Positions 27,301 to 35,124 of a stretch of DNA of 64,000 nucleotides are shown piece after piece (position 1 is the first letter of the stretch; every line of letters starts with the position of its first letter). The notes under the pieces are model-generated. The model made no database searches, was not told the DNA's origin, and saw only the letters and a list, made by a program, of their open reading frames with translations. The DNA is from an uncultured bacterium (GTDB lineage: Bacteria; Krumholzibacteriota; Krumholzibacteriia; Krumholzibacteriales; Krumholzibacteriaceae). Both the position numbers and the translations under genes were made by a program. Where the stretch lies: positions 36,338 to 100,337 of the forward strand of contig CBDUYR010000003.1 of the NCBI GenBank assembly GCA_965371515.1. The letters run 5' to 3'.

Positions 27301-28499
27301 GGTCGGGCGCGGTCGGCGCGTACGCGAGCACTGGATTCGAGTATCTTCTCGAGAACAAGTATTTCTGCACGACGTTACACGAGGTGATATTCCAGAAGCC
27401 GCCCACGGATTCGATCCCGCCGGCAAACGAGCAGACAGGGGCGAGATGGATCCTCGGCGAGGCCTTGACCGCCGGCGAGATCGAGCATCTCGGTACCGCA
27501 TCCTATGCTTACGGGCAGATCTACAGGTACCTGCTCCTCGGCGACCCTATGCTCCGGGTCGAGCCCGGGCCGCCGATGATGACCCTGTCGGCCGACTGGG
27601 GAGAGGGGTTTCAGGAGCTCCCCGACAATACGCTGCGCTCCCGGAACAGGACTAATACGTGCAGTCTCATGTTCAGCGCGAGCGATGTCGTTGCGCTCGG
27701 AAATATCGAGTTCCTGGTTGACGGCGAGGACAGGACGGACGCCCTGACGATCACCCCCACGGTGGACGAGGGCCTCGACTTCGCGAGGGGTTACGAGGCG
27801 AGGGTGGACTATGTGGTCAGCCTCGAGGAGGAGCTGCTCGTATTCAGGATATATTCTCCCGGCGGCATGGAAACAGGCGTAAAAGAGCTCCACGCCACTG
27901 TTTCGATGAGGCTGTACAACGGATCGATGGAGATACCGCCCGGCGGAGATTCCCCTGCCGAAGGCGAGTTTCTCCTCGAGATGCAGTTCCCCGTATGGCT
28001 CGATGCTGCGCCGCAGATCATGCTCGACGGCCCCGAGCTCGAAGACGCTCTGGTGCAGGTGCCCGATCCGCAGGATTCGACGGGCTGGGAGGCGAGGTTC
28101 ACCCGGACCCTGGCGGCGGGCGATCATGTCCTGACCGTCGCTGTCGGGGAATACGAGACCGATTATCCCTTTACGGTGGGAGGAAGCGGTCTTGTCATGG
28201 ATGCCTTCAACTTCCCCAACCCGTTCGACGACGGCACGAACATCTGCTACTCGCTCAATATCGATGCTGACGCCGGGATCATCAGGATATACAACGTCAG
28301 CGGCATCCTGATCAGGGAGATCGTGATCCCGCGAAACCTGCTCGGCGCCGCACCGCCGGGCGCCCCCAACGCCGTCTGGTGGGACGGCAGGGACATGGCC
28401 GGCGACAGGGTCGCGAACGGGACGTATATCTACATGATCGATGTGGAGAAGGACGGCGGTACCGTAAGCTACACGGGCAAGGCCGTTCGCCTCGAGTAG
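24339..28499 (+). CDS. Peptidase C25 (gingipain/PorU-like sortase) with propeptide and C-terminal FlgD-Ig/T9SS-type domain
   Basis: PGAPVLP propeptide, KIKILETGIY, LVFFARG, VYDEFNGG, MLVGDAS, VGRLPV, FQGH (His ~27090), GLGC (Cys ~27201), LLGDP, NFPNPF..WDGRD..G..VANGTYIY. Confidence 0.88.
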   Translation: MKRVHASSAQRWIIYTSFIIAVVMAAGAAVPMDDAVASGTGATVLRSDGSSVTFEITVPPPRIELGADGARVVLRGYGTFSPPGAPVLPGRTFNIAVPADGDPSVSWTVTDSEDLGRLSLDRVMAERFVRYGEDGIPVTETFLPEDPWNGRVPTAVVTPARPAMMGRQRVLPVRVSPLRELEGNYSLARKIIVTVSFGSSSEVLPDRSGPGAGTGVSGAWKRMYERVLVNPSDTERLISPIKSRPILRAPLQAGKWLKIKILETGIYSVRADSLIASGLSPSLSNNGFALRKLYFDETGPDLAREVDIPYRVLKGSESATDIFEGDDLLVFFARGVKDDVDAGDTMAVFNSYNVIWLFEEEAGAVMPGGPGFPSGTGRLQPSFVHAEKVRKDTWYNKFVRAGMKDFNCVAGPARDEVAVPFTVHDAASLSVFSAHIRILGNKKINPSQDLDFFIRNSSGTWPIGSGFVSSTEEKVFDFDMIQVNRLVEGANEVVVTSREETYGFLVNDMAVKYSRTMNLWDGYLDFTVRQDLEDKRVEISGFSGQDGYLVELTDPDAPVFHDIPADSFRADGGSYTLFLTVSTATDRRFVALGRGAGRHISNIWIDYGVNGLNDLRSSPGPYNTLVIAHSDFLPPVSDYLAQYISWRGDQGYRILRADVRKVYDEFNGGLISADAIRRFIRYGMENWGVEFVMLVGDASEDHRRIFIGDPPETNGSPPDYVPAYTYSVNVIGRDRDEVVASDRYYTFLDEAPPSGFNYAATEAEPPSGGSDPLYLPAAAYPDVIVGRLPVGREVELRALLTKMYRFEEPASSDSWRRSIVLFSDDAWSGYLSSYAYHAIEHHFEYGMDSVAVKIEEALPGGFDINRLHLSRWTDGVHDDLQGGSAILSEATDSTRRYFTPYLNRKLNDGCLFFTFQGHASRSNFTTEAAFSNFSQYQDVDSLRTDRNHIFIGLGCHISDFALMMEYTRSGLDGPNGDCITEQLLFKSRSGAVGAYASTGFEYLLENKYFCTTLHEVIFQKPPTDSIPPANEQTGARWILGEALTAGEIEHLGTASYAYGQIYRYLLLGDPMLRVEPGPPMMTLSADWGEGFQELPDNTLRSRNRTNTCSLMFSASDVVALGNIEFLVDGEDRTDALTITPTVDEGLDFARGYEARVDYVVSLEEELLVFRIYSPGGMETGVKELHATVSMRLYNGSMEIPPGGDSPAEGEFLLEMQFPVWLDAAPQIMLDGPELEDALVQVPDPQDSTGWEARFTRTLAAGDHVLTVAVGEYETDYPFTVGGSGLVMDAFNFPNPFDDGTNICYSLNIDADAGIIRIYNVSGILIREIVIPRNLLGAAPPGAPNAVWWDGRDMAGDRVANGTYIYMIDVEKDGGTVSYTGKAVRLE

Positions 28500-28578
28500 A
28501 GAAAAATCCCTTTACCATTCCTCCTGCTCTTCCGTAAAATGGTTTCATCCGGTCGATGTCATTAACACGGAGGACGTT

Positions 28579-29286
28579 TTGGAAGAACGGCTCAACCTAT
28601 TGAAAAACAGCAGGGAGAGAGTGATCGTCGGTATTGAGACCGGCAGCGTGCCGGGCAGGATAGGCGCCGTCATAGTGGAAGTGAGCGGAAGCGGGGCGGA
28701 TACAGTCCTCGACCTCCATTCCTTCCAGAGCGTTGAACTGCCCCCGGATCTCGTTGCCGCGCTGGAAGCTGTCGCCGGAGAGAAGAAGATAGACAGCCAG
28801 GAGCAGGCGGACGTCAATTTTCTCATCCTGCACCATCTCAACACACTCTTTTTCGATCTCCTCGTGGAGGCGGAAGTCGATGCCGGCGAGGTCGACCTTA
28901 TCGGGCTCAAGGGCATGGAGATCGGCGGGATGGAGTTTCCCGACGACCCCGGGGCTCTCAGCGAATTGACTGGCTGCGTCGTTGCGGCCTGCTTCAGGAT
29001 CGGTCCCGAAAGGGGCCAGGGCAGCTGGCTCCCCGTGAAGGAAGCTATCCTCAAGGGCATGGTCGAGGCGATGGTGGAGAAGTACGATCTCGACGAGGAG
29101 GCCAGGGAGGCCGTTGCGGTCGCGCTGCTGGCCAACGAGTCGGTCCATCACGAGGCCCTCATGTCGAAATGCTCCGATGAGGACGGTTCCGGCCCTGATA
29201 AAACCCAGCGGCGCACCATTACAGTGCAGCGGGGGAGCGACGGGGAACCGGCCCTCCATGGAGAGTTCTATTTCCCGGCGGACTGA
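28579..29286 (+). CDS. Degenerate, internally deleted anhydro-MurNAc kinase (AnmK)-like protein
   Basis: N-term IVGIETGSVPGRIGAVIVEV, VDLIGLKG, LSELTGCVVAACFR..GQG..LP and C-term AREAVAVALLANE resemble AnmK segments; only 235 aa. Confidence 0.6.
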   Translation: MEERLNLLKNSRERVIVGIETGSVPGRIGAVIVEVSGSGADTVLDLHSFQSVELPPDLVAALEAVAGEKKIDSQEQADVNFLILHHLNTLFFDLLVEAEVDAGEVDLIGLKGMEIGGMEFPDDPGALSELTGCVVAACFRIGPERGQGSWLPVKEAILKGMVEAMVEKYDLDEEAREAVAVALLANESVHHEALMSKCSDEDGSGPDKTQRRTITVQRGSDGEPALHGEFYFPAD

Positions 29287-29361
29287 GTTTCCCGGCGGAT
29301 TGAAGAGTGTGTCCTCGCCACTGCGGGAGATTGTCCCGGGCATCCGGCGGGATCGATACCT

Positions 29362-30690
29362 ATGAAAACAATCTTTCGATATATTCCCTCCTTTCGATCG
29401 TCTGCGGCACTGGCGGCCGTGCTCGCGGCGTCACTGGTCATGGTCTTCTCCTGCGCCGCACCGGACAGGGGCGCATATCCGCCCGTAGAGACCCTGCCGG
29501 AAAAGAGGATAGATCTGCCCGGCGGGGACGATGAACCGGTGGTCCGCGTGCTGGTGCTCGAGACGGAGGGCCGCATCAGGATCGATATTCCCGGCGGCCA
29601 GGTAGCCGCGAAATCGGAGGATGGACGGACGATCGGCAGGTTCGAGGTGAACGGGACCGTCGCCGTATCGAAGACGAGAAATGGCCTGAAGCTGAAGCAG
29701 AGGAACAGGCCCGTCCACGAGGCGCCGATCATGGAGATACGGCCGTCGGGGGACGCAGGGTTCACGATCGATGATACGCCGTACAGGGGAGGGCTGCTTC
29801 TGCGCCGCGTCGGCGGAAAGACGATCCTCGCGATCAACATCATCGAGATCGATGACTACCTCAAGGGCGTTCTGCCCGCCGAGATAGGATACCTCAAGGA
29901 AGGGCAGTACGAGGCGTACAAAGTACAGGCGATCGCCTCACGCTCCTACTCGCTGAGCAAGCTCGAGGAGAAGAAGAACGAACCCTACGACATGAGGGCC
30001 ACGATCATGGACCAGGTCTACCGCGGTATCAAGGGTGAGAACAGGGTCGCCTCCGAGGCTGTGGACAGGACGAGAGGAATCGTCGGCGTCTGGGATGGAC
30101 AGCCGATAAGGGCATATTACTCCGCCTGCTGCGGTGGGCATACATCCGATATCCGTGTCGGGTGGCCGTGGAAGGCCTATTATCCCTACCTTTACGGGCG
30201 CAGGGACGCGCCGGGAGAGGGCGGGAAGTCGTACTGCCGGGAATCGAGGCACTTCAGGTGGGAAGTCGTCTGGAGCGGCAGCGATCTCTCGAGGATCACC
30301 GGCAAGACCCTGCCGGCCGAGCTCGGCGGCAGGGTGGCTCCGTTCAACGTCATCCGCGATATAAGGGTGACCGGGTACTCCTCGAGCGGCAGGGCCAGGG
30401 CGATTGAGATCGTAACCGATAAAGGCACTCACAGGGTCGAGGGCGACCGTATCCGGTGGGTGCTGAGGCCCGAATTGTCCAGGGGGCCGATCCTGAGGTC
30501 CACACTCTTCAAGATGGAGGTCAGCAGGAGCGGAGGACGGGTAAAGCAGGTCCGCCTCAAGGGCGGAGGGAACGGCCACGGTGTCGGCATGTGCCAGTCG
30601 GGAGCCATCGGGATGGCGTCCGAGGGATACAGCGCCGAGAGGATCCTCGCCCACTATTACCCTGAAGCCGCGCTGGTCAAGATCTACTGA
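29362..30690 (+). CDS. SpoIID/LytB domain lipoprotein (lytic transglycosylase-like)
   Basis: Lipobox VFSC; YRG, DYLKGVLPAE, KVQAIASRSY, QVYRG, YYSACCGGHT, GNGHGVGMCQ.GA, ILAHYYP. Confidence 0.93.
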   Translation: MKTIFRYIPSFRSSAALAAVLAASLVMVFSCAAPDRGAYPPVETLPEKRIDLPGGDDEPVVRVLVLETEGRIRIDIPGGQVAAKSEDGRTIGRFEVNGTVAVSKTRNGLKLKQRNRPVHEAPIMEIRPSGDAGFTIDDTPYRGGLLLRRVGGKTILAINIIEIDDYLKGVLPAEIGYLKEGQYEAYKVQAIASRSYSLSKLEEKKNEPYDMRATIMDQVYRGIKGENRVASEAVDRTRGIVGVWDGQPIRAYYSACCGGHTSDIRVGWPWKAYYPYLYGRRDAPGEGGKSYCRESRHFRWEVVWSGSDLSRITGKTLPAELGGRVAPFNVIRDIRVTGYSSSGRARAIEIVTDKGTHRVEGDRIRWVLRPELSRGPILRSTLFKMEVSRSGGRVKQVRLKGGGNGHGVGMCQSGAIGMASEGYSAERILAHYYPEAALVKIY

Positions 30691-30701
30691 AGGAATGCCC
30701 C

Positions 30702-32315
30702 ATGTCCAGCGATATCAGCAATATACAACGATTGCTCTCTCCGTTTCTCGTGACGGGACTGGCCGGTACTGAATTGACACCGGGTGAGCGTGAGATTCTT
30801 TCCGAAACCCCCCCTGCCGGAGTGATCCTCTTCCACCGTAACGTCGAGAGTGCCGGGCAGCTCGGCCGGCTCACAGGCGAGGTCAGAAGGATCGTCGAAG
30901 CGGCCTCGGGGATGCCGCCGCTGATAATGGCCGATCACGAGGGCGGGAGGATCTCTGTGCTTGCCGGAGCGATAGGGGTGCCTCCATCCCAGATGGCCGC
31001 CTGGAGACCGCGTTCCGAGGAGATCCTGGCGGGGATCGCAGCGACAACGTCGCGGCTGATGAGGATCTGCGGCATCAATCTTTCGCTCTCGCCGGTCGCC
31101 GACGTCAACTCTGAGCCCCTCAATCCGGTCATAGGCACGAGGTCTTTCGGGGAAGACCCCGAGGAAGTCTCCACTGCGGTGAGGATCGCCGTGAGGGCTA
31201 TAGCCGGAGAGGGGATGCTGAGTTGTCTGAAGCATTTCCCGGGGCACGGCGCCGCCGCTCTCGACTCGCATCTGACCCTTCCGGTGATCGGCAGGACGAT
31301 CGAGCAGCTCCGGGAGGAAGAGCTGCCGCCGTTCGAGGCCGGCATCGAGGCTGGAGCCGATACGGTGATGACAGCTCATATCGCGCTGACCGAAGGCGAT
31401 CCCCCCGCGTCGCTCGATCGCACGATCGTCACCGGGCTTCTCAGGGAGAAACTGGGATTCGACGGCGTGATCATTACCGACGCGCTGGAGATGGCCGGTG
31501 TTCTGCCCGACGGGATAGCGATGAAGTCGATCGATTCCGCATCGGAGGAGAACAAGGCAGCAGATGCCGTACCGGCCGCCATCATCGTGAGGGCTCTCGA
31601 GGCGGGAAACGATCTGCTCCTGATGTCGAGGACGCTGGAGGAGGTAAATGCCGAACTGGCTCTTCATGCCGCTTCTCTGAGGGATGAGATCTCGACAGCC
31701 GCCCTGGCGGGACGGATGGAGAGATCCGCGGCGAGGATTGTTTCACTGAGAGGCAGAGTGAGCACGGCTTTTGAAGGAGATCCTTCCATTGGCGAGCTGC
31801 AGACTTTCCTGGACAGGGGAGGGGATGCATATGTCAACGAAGCGCAATTGATGAGAAGCGTGTTTTCTGCCGCCGGGAGCAACACTCCTGGAGTTGACGG
31901 AAAACGCCCCGGCGAGCTGGTTCTGCCCGTTTTCCTCGGCGCAAAGCCGGATTTTGACAGCTGTGTCGTGAGGCGATTCATATTCAGAGTGCTCAAGGGG
32001 ATCGACGAGGCCGGACCGTACATCGATCCGGATGAGCTCAGTCCGGTGAGGACGGGAGACGGTCTGGAGACAGGATTGTACCTCTTCGAACCGGTCAGGC
32101 GGCCGGCGGCGAGGCGGGCCCTCTTTCTGCTCTGCCGGAAACCGCCGCCGGAAGATCTCATCCGTACCGTCGCTGCCGGGTACGATTCCCTGGTCGTTGC
32201 GGGGAGGCCGTGGGACACTGCCCTGCTCCCGCCGAACGGCTCCGTGATCGTGACTTACGGGATCTATGATGCGGCGGCCGACCGGCTGGCGGGAATGATC
32301 CAGGGACGCGTATAG
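30702..32315 (+). CDS. nagZ: GH3 beta-N-acetylhexosaminidase
   Basis: GVILFHRN, ADHEGG, PVADVN, RSFG, KHFPGHG...DSH, IITDALEM. Confidence 0.88.
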   Translation: MSSDISNIQRLLSPFLVTGLAGTELTPGEREILSETPPAGVILFHRNVESAGQLGRLTGEVRRIVEAASGMPPLIMADHEGGRISVLAGAIGVPPSQMAAWRPRSEEILAGIAATTSRLMRICGINLSLSPVADVNSEPLNPVIGTRSFGEDPEEVSTAVRIAVRAIAGEGMLSCLKHFPGHGAAALDSHLTLPVIGRTIEQLREEELPPFEAGIEAGADTVMTAHIALTEGDPPASLDRTIVTGLLREKLGFDGVIITDALEMAGVLPDGIAMKSIDSASEENKAADAVPAAIIVRALEAGNDLLLMSRTLEEVNAELALHAASLRDEISTAALAGRMERSAARIVSLRGRVSTAFEGDPSIGELQTFLDRGGDAYVNEAQLMRSVFSAAGSNTPGVDGKRPGELVLPVFLGAKPDFDSCVVRRFIFRVLKGIDEAGPYIDPDELSPVRTGDGLETGLYLFEPVRRPAARRALFLLCRKPPPEDLIRTVAAGYDSLVVAGRPWDTALLPPNGSVIVTYGIYDAAADRLAGMIQGRV

Positions 32316-32352
32316 AGGGCGCCGGGGGTGTCCTGAGACAATAAAAATTGGA

Positions 32353-32381
32353 TTGACTTGGTTCTGGAGACCTGTTATAAA
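32353..32381 (+). promoter_or_regulatory. sigma70 promoter of the tRNA gene
   Basis: TTGACT-N17-TATAAA with extended TG. Confidence 0.65.
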
Positions 32382-32469
32382 TAGAGCACTGACGGCGGAG
32401 GCCGCTTTTTTTCTTTTAATATCACTCGAGCAGCGGTTCTCCTGGCAGGTCAGTTTAAAGGATCATTGC

Positions 32470-32544
32470 GGGGTCGTAGTTCAGTTTGGTTAGAACGCCG
32501 GCCTGTCACGCCGGAGGTCGCGAGTTCGAGTCTCGTCGGCCCCG
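32470..32544 (+). tRNA. tRNA-Asp (GTC), CCA not encoded
   Basis: Acceptor GGGGTCG/CGGCCCC, D-arm GTTC/GAAC, anticodon arm CCGGC-CTGTCAC-GCCGG, T-arm GCGAG-TTCGAGT-CTCGT, discriminator G. Confidence 0.97.
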
Positions 32545-32601
32545 TTTTTTTACGGAGAGCCCTTCCGTACCGATGCGGAAGAGGCCACGGTCCAGACAGT
32601 C

Positions 32602-32629
32602 AAAGGGCGGGATATCGATCCCGCCCTTT
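32602..32629. terminator. Bidirectional terminator between the tRNA and the RRM gene
   Basis: AAAGGGCGGGAT/ATCCCGCCCTTT perfect inverted repeat. Confidence 0.75.
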
Positions 32630-32673
32630 CTGTATTTATATACGGCCCGAAGGCCTGCAAGAGACCCGTGTCT

Positions 32674-32961
32674 CTAGTAACCGCCGCCGCCGCCGCCACC
32701 GCCGCGACGGTCCTCGCGGGGCTTGGCCTCGCTGACCTTGAGGGGGCGTCCGTCAATATCCTTGCCGTTCATCTCGGCGATAGCCTTGTCGGCCTCCTCG
32801 TCGCTCTCCATCTCGACAAAGCCGAAGCCTCTCGAGCGCTCGGTGATCCTGTCCTTGATGACACGGGCGTCCTTGACGGCGCCGTAGGGGGCGAACATTT
32901 CGGTAAGCTCGCTGTCGGTCGTTGAGAAGGGAAGGTTCCCCACGTAGATATTCTTGGCCAT
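32674..32961 (-). CDS. RRM-domain RNA-binding protein with Gly-rich tail
   Basis: RNP2 IYVGNL, RNP1 RGFGFVEM, poly-Gly C-terminus. Confidence 0.95.
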   Translation of the reverse strand: MAKNIYVGNLPFSTTDSELTEMFAPYGAVKDARVIKDRITERSRGFGFVEMESDEEADKAIAEMNGKDIDGRPLKVSEAKPREDRRGGGGGGGGY

Positions 32962-33442
32962 TTTCTTTCGGGTCCTTTCGAATCTAAAACAATACTAAAC
33001 GGTCGATCGCTGCCGCGGTTGCGGCAGGTGATTACTGTCGGCTTCGGGAACCACCCCTTTTCATCTGCGGCTTGTCGTAGTTCAAGACCGGCAGTCATGC
33101 GCGCGCGCTGTTACGGCATGCTTCCCCGGCTCAAGGCAGTCACCGATTCAGATTAGTCCTGGGATTGATGAGGCAGGAATCAGAACTGTATCGAATGGCT
33201 CCTGGACTGGGTCGATCTTGGAACGTGAGAGTAACCCTTAGACAATCTCCTTGTTCATACGAAGTACTGGTAAGAATATACACCATCCTGTCAAGCCGTT
33301 TCCAGAAAAAACTTGCCTTTTCGGGCAGGGGCCGTCCCGGCCGGGGCGCCATGGCCTGTTTACGGTTGCCCGCGCATGGCGCTGCTGATATCCTCAGGCG
33401 GTAAATTGATATCAGACATCCATGTCACCCTGGAGGTATCCG

Positions 33443-35011
33443 GTGAACGGAAAAACGATGACCGCTGTCGCCGCAGCCCTTCTGCTGGCGGCTGTTGTCC
33501 CAGCGGCGCCCGATGCGTGCACCACGATAATGGTCGGCAGGAAGGCCTCGGTCGACGGTTCCGTGACCACTTCCCATACTTGCGACAGCAGGATAGACAG
33601 GACGTGGTTCGATCTCGTTCCACCCGGAAAGCATCGCGGGGGATCTGCGTGCGGCGTATATTCGGGCCTGCGATTCATGAGATTCCCCGGGGATACGGCC
33701 GGTGTAAGGCTTGCCGTAGAGATCCCGCAGATCGAACGCACACACGGGTATATCAACACGTCCTATCCATGTATGAACGACCGCCAGCTCGCCGTCGGCG
33801 AATCTACCTTCGGCGGGCGGAAAGAGCTGAGGAACAAGTCGGCCGGGTTCTCGTGCGAGGAATTGTGCCGGATCGCTCTCGAGAGGGCGGTGACCTGCAG
33901 GGAGGCGATCACGGTCATCGGCGAGCTTGTCGCCGAGTACGGGTACAATGACGGCGGCGAATGTCTCACCTTCGCCGACACTCAGGAAGCATGGGAGCTC
34001 GAGATACTGGGCTGCGGCGAGGACTGCGTCGGTGCGGTCTGGGTCGCCCGGCGGATTCCGGACGACCACGTCGGAGTCAACGCCAACGCAGCGAGGATCC
34101 TCGAGATAGACCTCGACGACACCGATCATTTCATGGCCTCGGAGAATATCTTCGACGTGGCGATCGAGAGAGGTTACTGGGATCCCGACTCGGGCGAGCC
34201 CTTCAGGTTCGCCTACGCCTACAATCCCGGCGGCCGTAAAAGCATGGCGGCGAGGCGGCGCGAGTGGAGGGTCTTCGATCTCCTCGCCCCATCGCTCGAG
34301 CTCGATCCGAACGACAAGGATTATCCCTTCTCGATAAAGCCCGACACGCTCGTCACTATCGCCAGGCTGATGGAAATATTCCGCGACACCTTCGAGGGCA
34401 CCGAGTACGACATGACGAAGTTCATGTATGTCGAGACGGAGCCGGGCAGCTTCGAAAAGAGCCCGTACGCCAATCCGTTCATGCATTACGACATGATGCC
34501 GCTCTTCAAGGTCAACGGCGGCTGGAACAGGATGGGAGAGCGGTGCATCGCGAGGTACTACTGCACCTACATAACGATCACGCAGTCGCGTTCCTCGCTG
34601 CCCGATCCGGTCGGGGGGCTCGTCTGGTTCGGCTGGGACAACCCTGCCATGACGGCGTTTGTGCCGGTATACTGTGGGATCACCGACATCCCCGACTCGT
34701 GGAAGGTCTGCGGGCGCCCGGCGTTCGACCGCGACTGCGCGTGGTGGGCGTTCAACCGCGTCTCCGACCTCTCCGCGCAGAAATGGGGGCAGATGAGGGT
34801 AGAGGTCGACTCGGTCCGGACGGCCTTCGAGGAGGAGGCTTTCGCCAGGCAGGCCGAGGTCGAGCGAAAAGCCGCCGAATTGTACTCGAAGAGTTCCAGG
34901 AAGGCGGCGAAATACCTCACCGGCTACACGGGAGAGTTCGCCGACCGGGCTACGAAGGCCTACTGGGACCTGGGCGATCATCTCTGGTGGAAGTACACGG
35001 GGAAGTTCTAG
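33443..35011 (+). CDS. C69 family (Ntn-hydrolase) dipeptidase, secreted
   Basis: Signal peptide directly followed by catalytic Cys CTTIMVGRKASVDGS; MNDRQLAVGEST; GTG start after GGAGG. Confidence 0.9.
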   Translation: MNGKTMTAVAAALLLAAVVPAAPDACTTIMVGRKASVDGSVTTSHTCDSRIDRTWFDLVPPGKHRGGSACGVYSGLRFMRFPGDTAGVRLAVEIPQIERTHGYINTSYPCMNDRQLAVGESTFGGRKELRNKSAGFSCEELCRIALERAVTCREAITVIGELVAEYGYNDGGECLTFADTQEAWELEILGCGEDCVGAVWVARRIPDDHVGVNANAARILEIDLDDTDHFMASENIFDVAIERGYWDPDSGEPFRFAYAYNPGGRKSMAARRREWRVFDLLAPSLELDPNDKDYPFSIKPDTLVTIARLMEIFRDTFEGTEYDMTKFMYVETEPGSFEKSPYANPFMHYDMMPLFKVNGGWNRMGERCIARYYCTYITITQSRSSLPDPVGGLVWFGWDNPAMTAFVPVYCGITDIPDSWKVCGRPAFDRDCAWWAFNRVSDLSAQKWGQMRVEVDSVRTAFEEEAFARQAEVERKAAELYSKSSRKAAKYLTGYTGEFADRATKAYWDLGDHLWWKYTGKF

Positions 35012-35124
35012 TTGCATGAACGGGCCGGTTCGCCGCATCATGGCGGTGATGCGGGTTGCGCGTGCGGTGCCGGGATGGAGAGCATGACAGATAACAGAGA
35101 CGTAACAGTAAAGGGAGAGTGACC

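Noticed and set aside
32470..32544. tRNA-Asp as an island integration site
   Set aside because: No integrase and no duplicated tRNA 3' end seen in the window.
32681..32705. (CCG)n microsatellite as a phase-variation tract
   Set aside because: It encodes the ordinary poly-Gly tail of the RRM protein.
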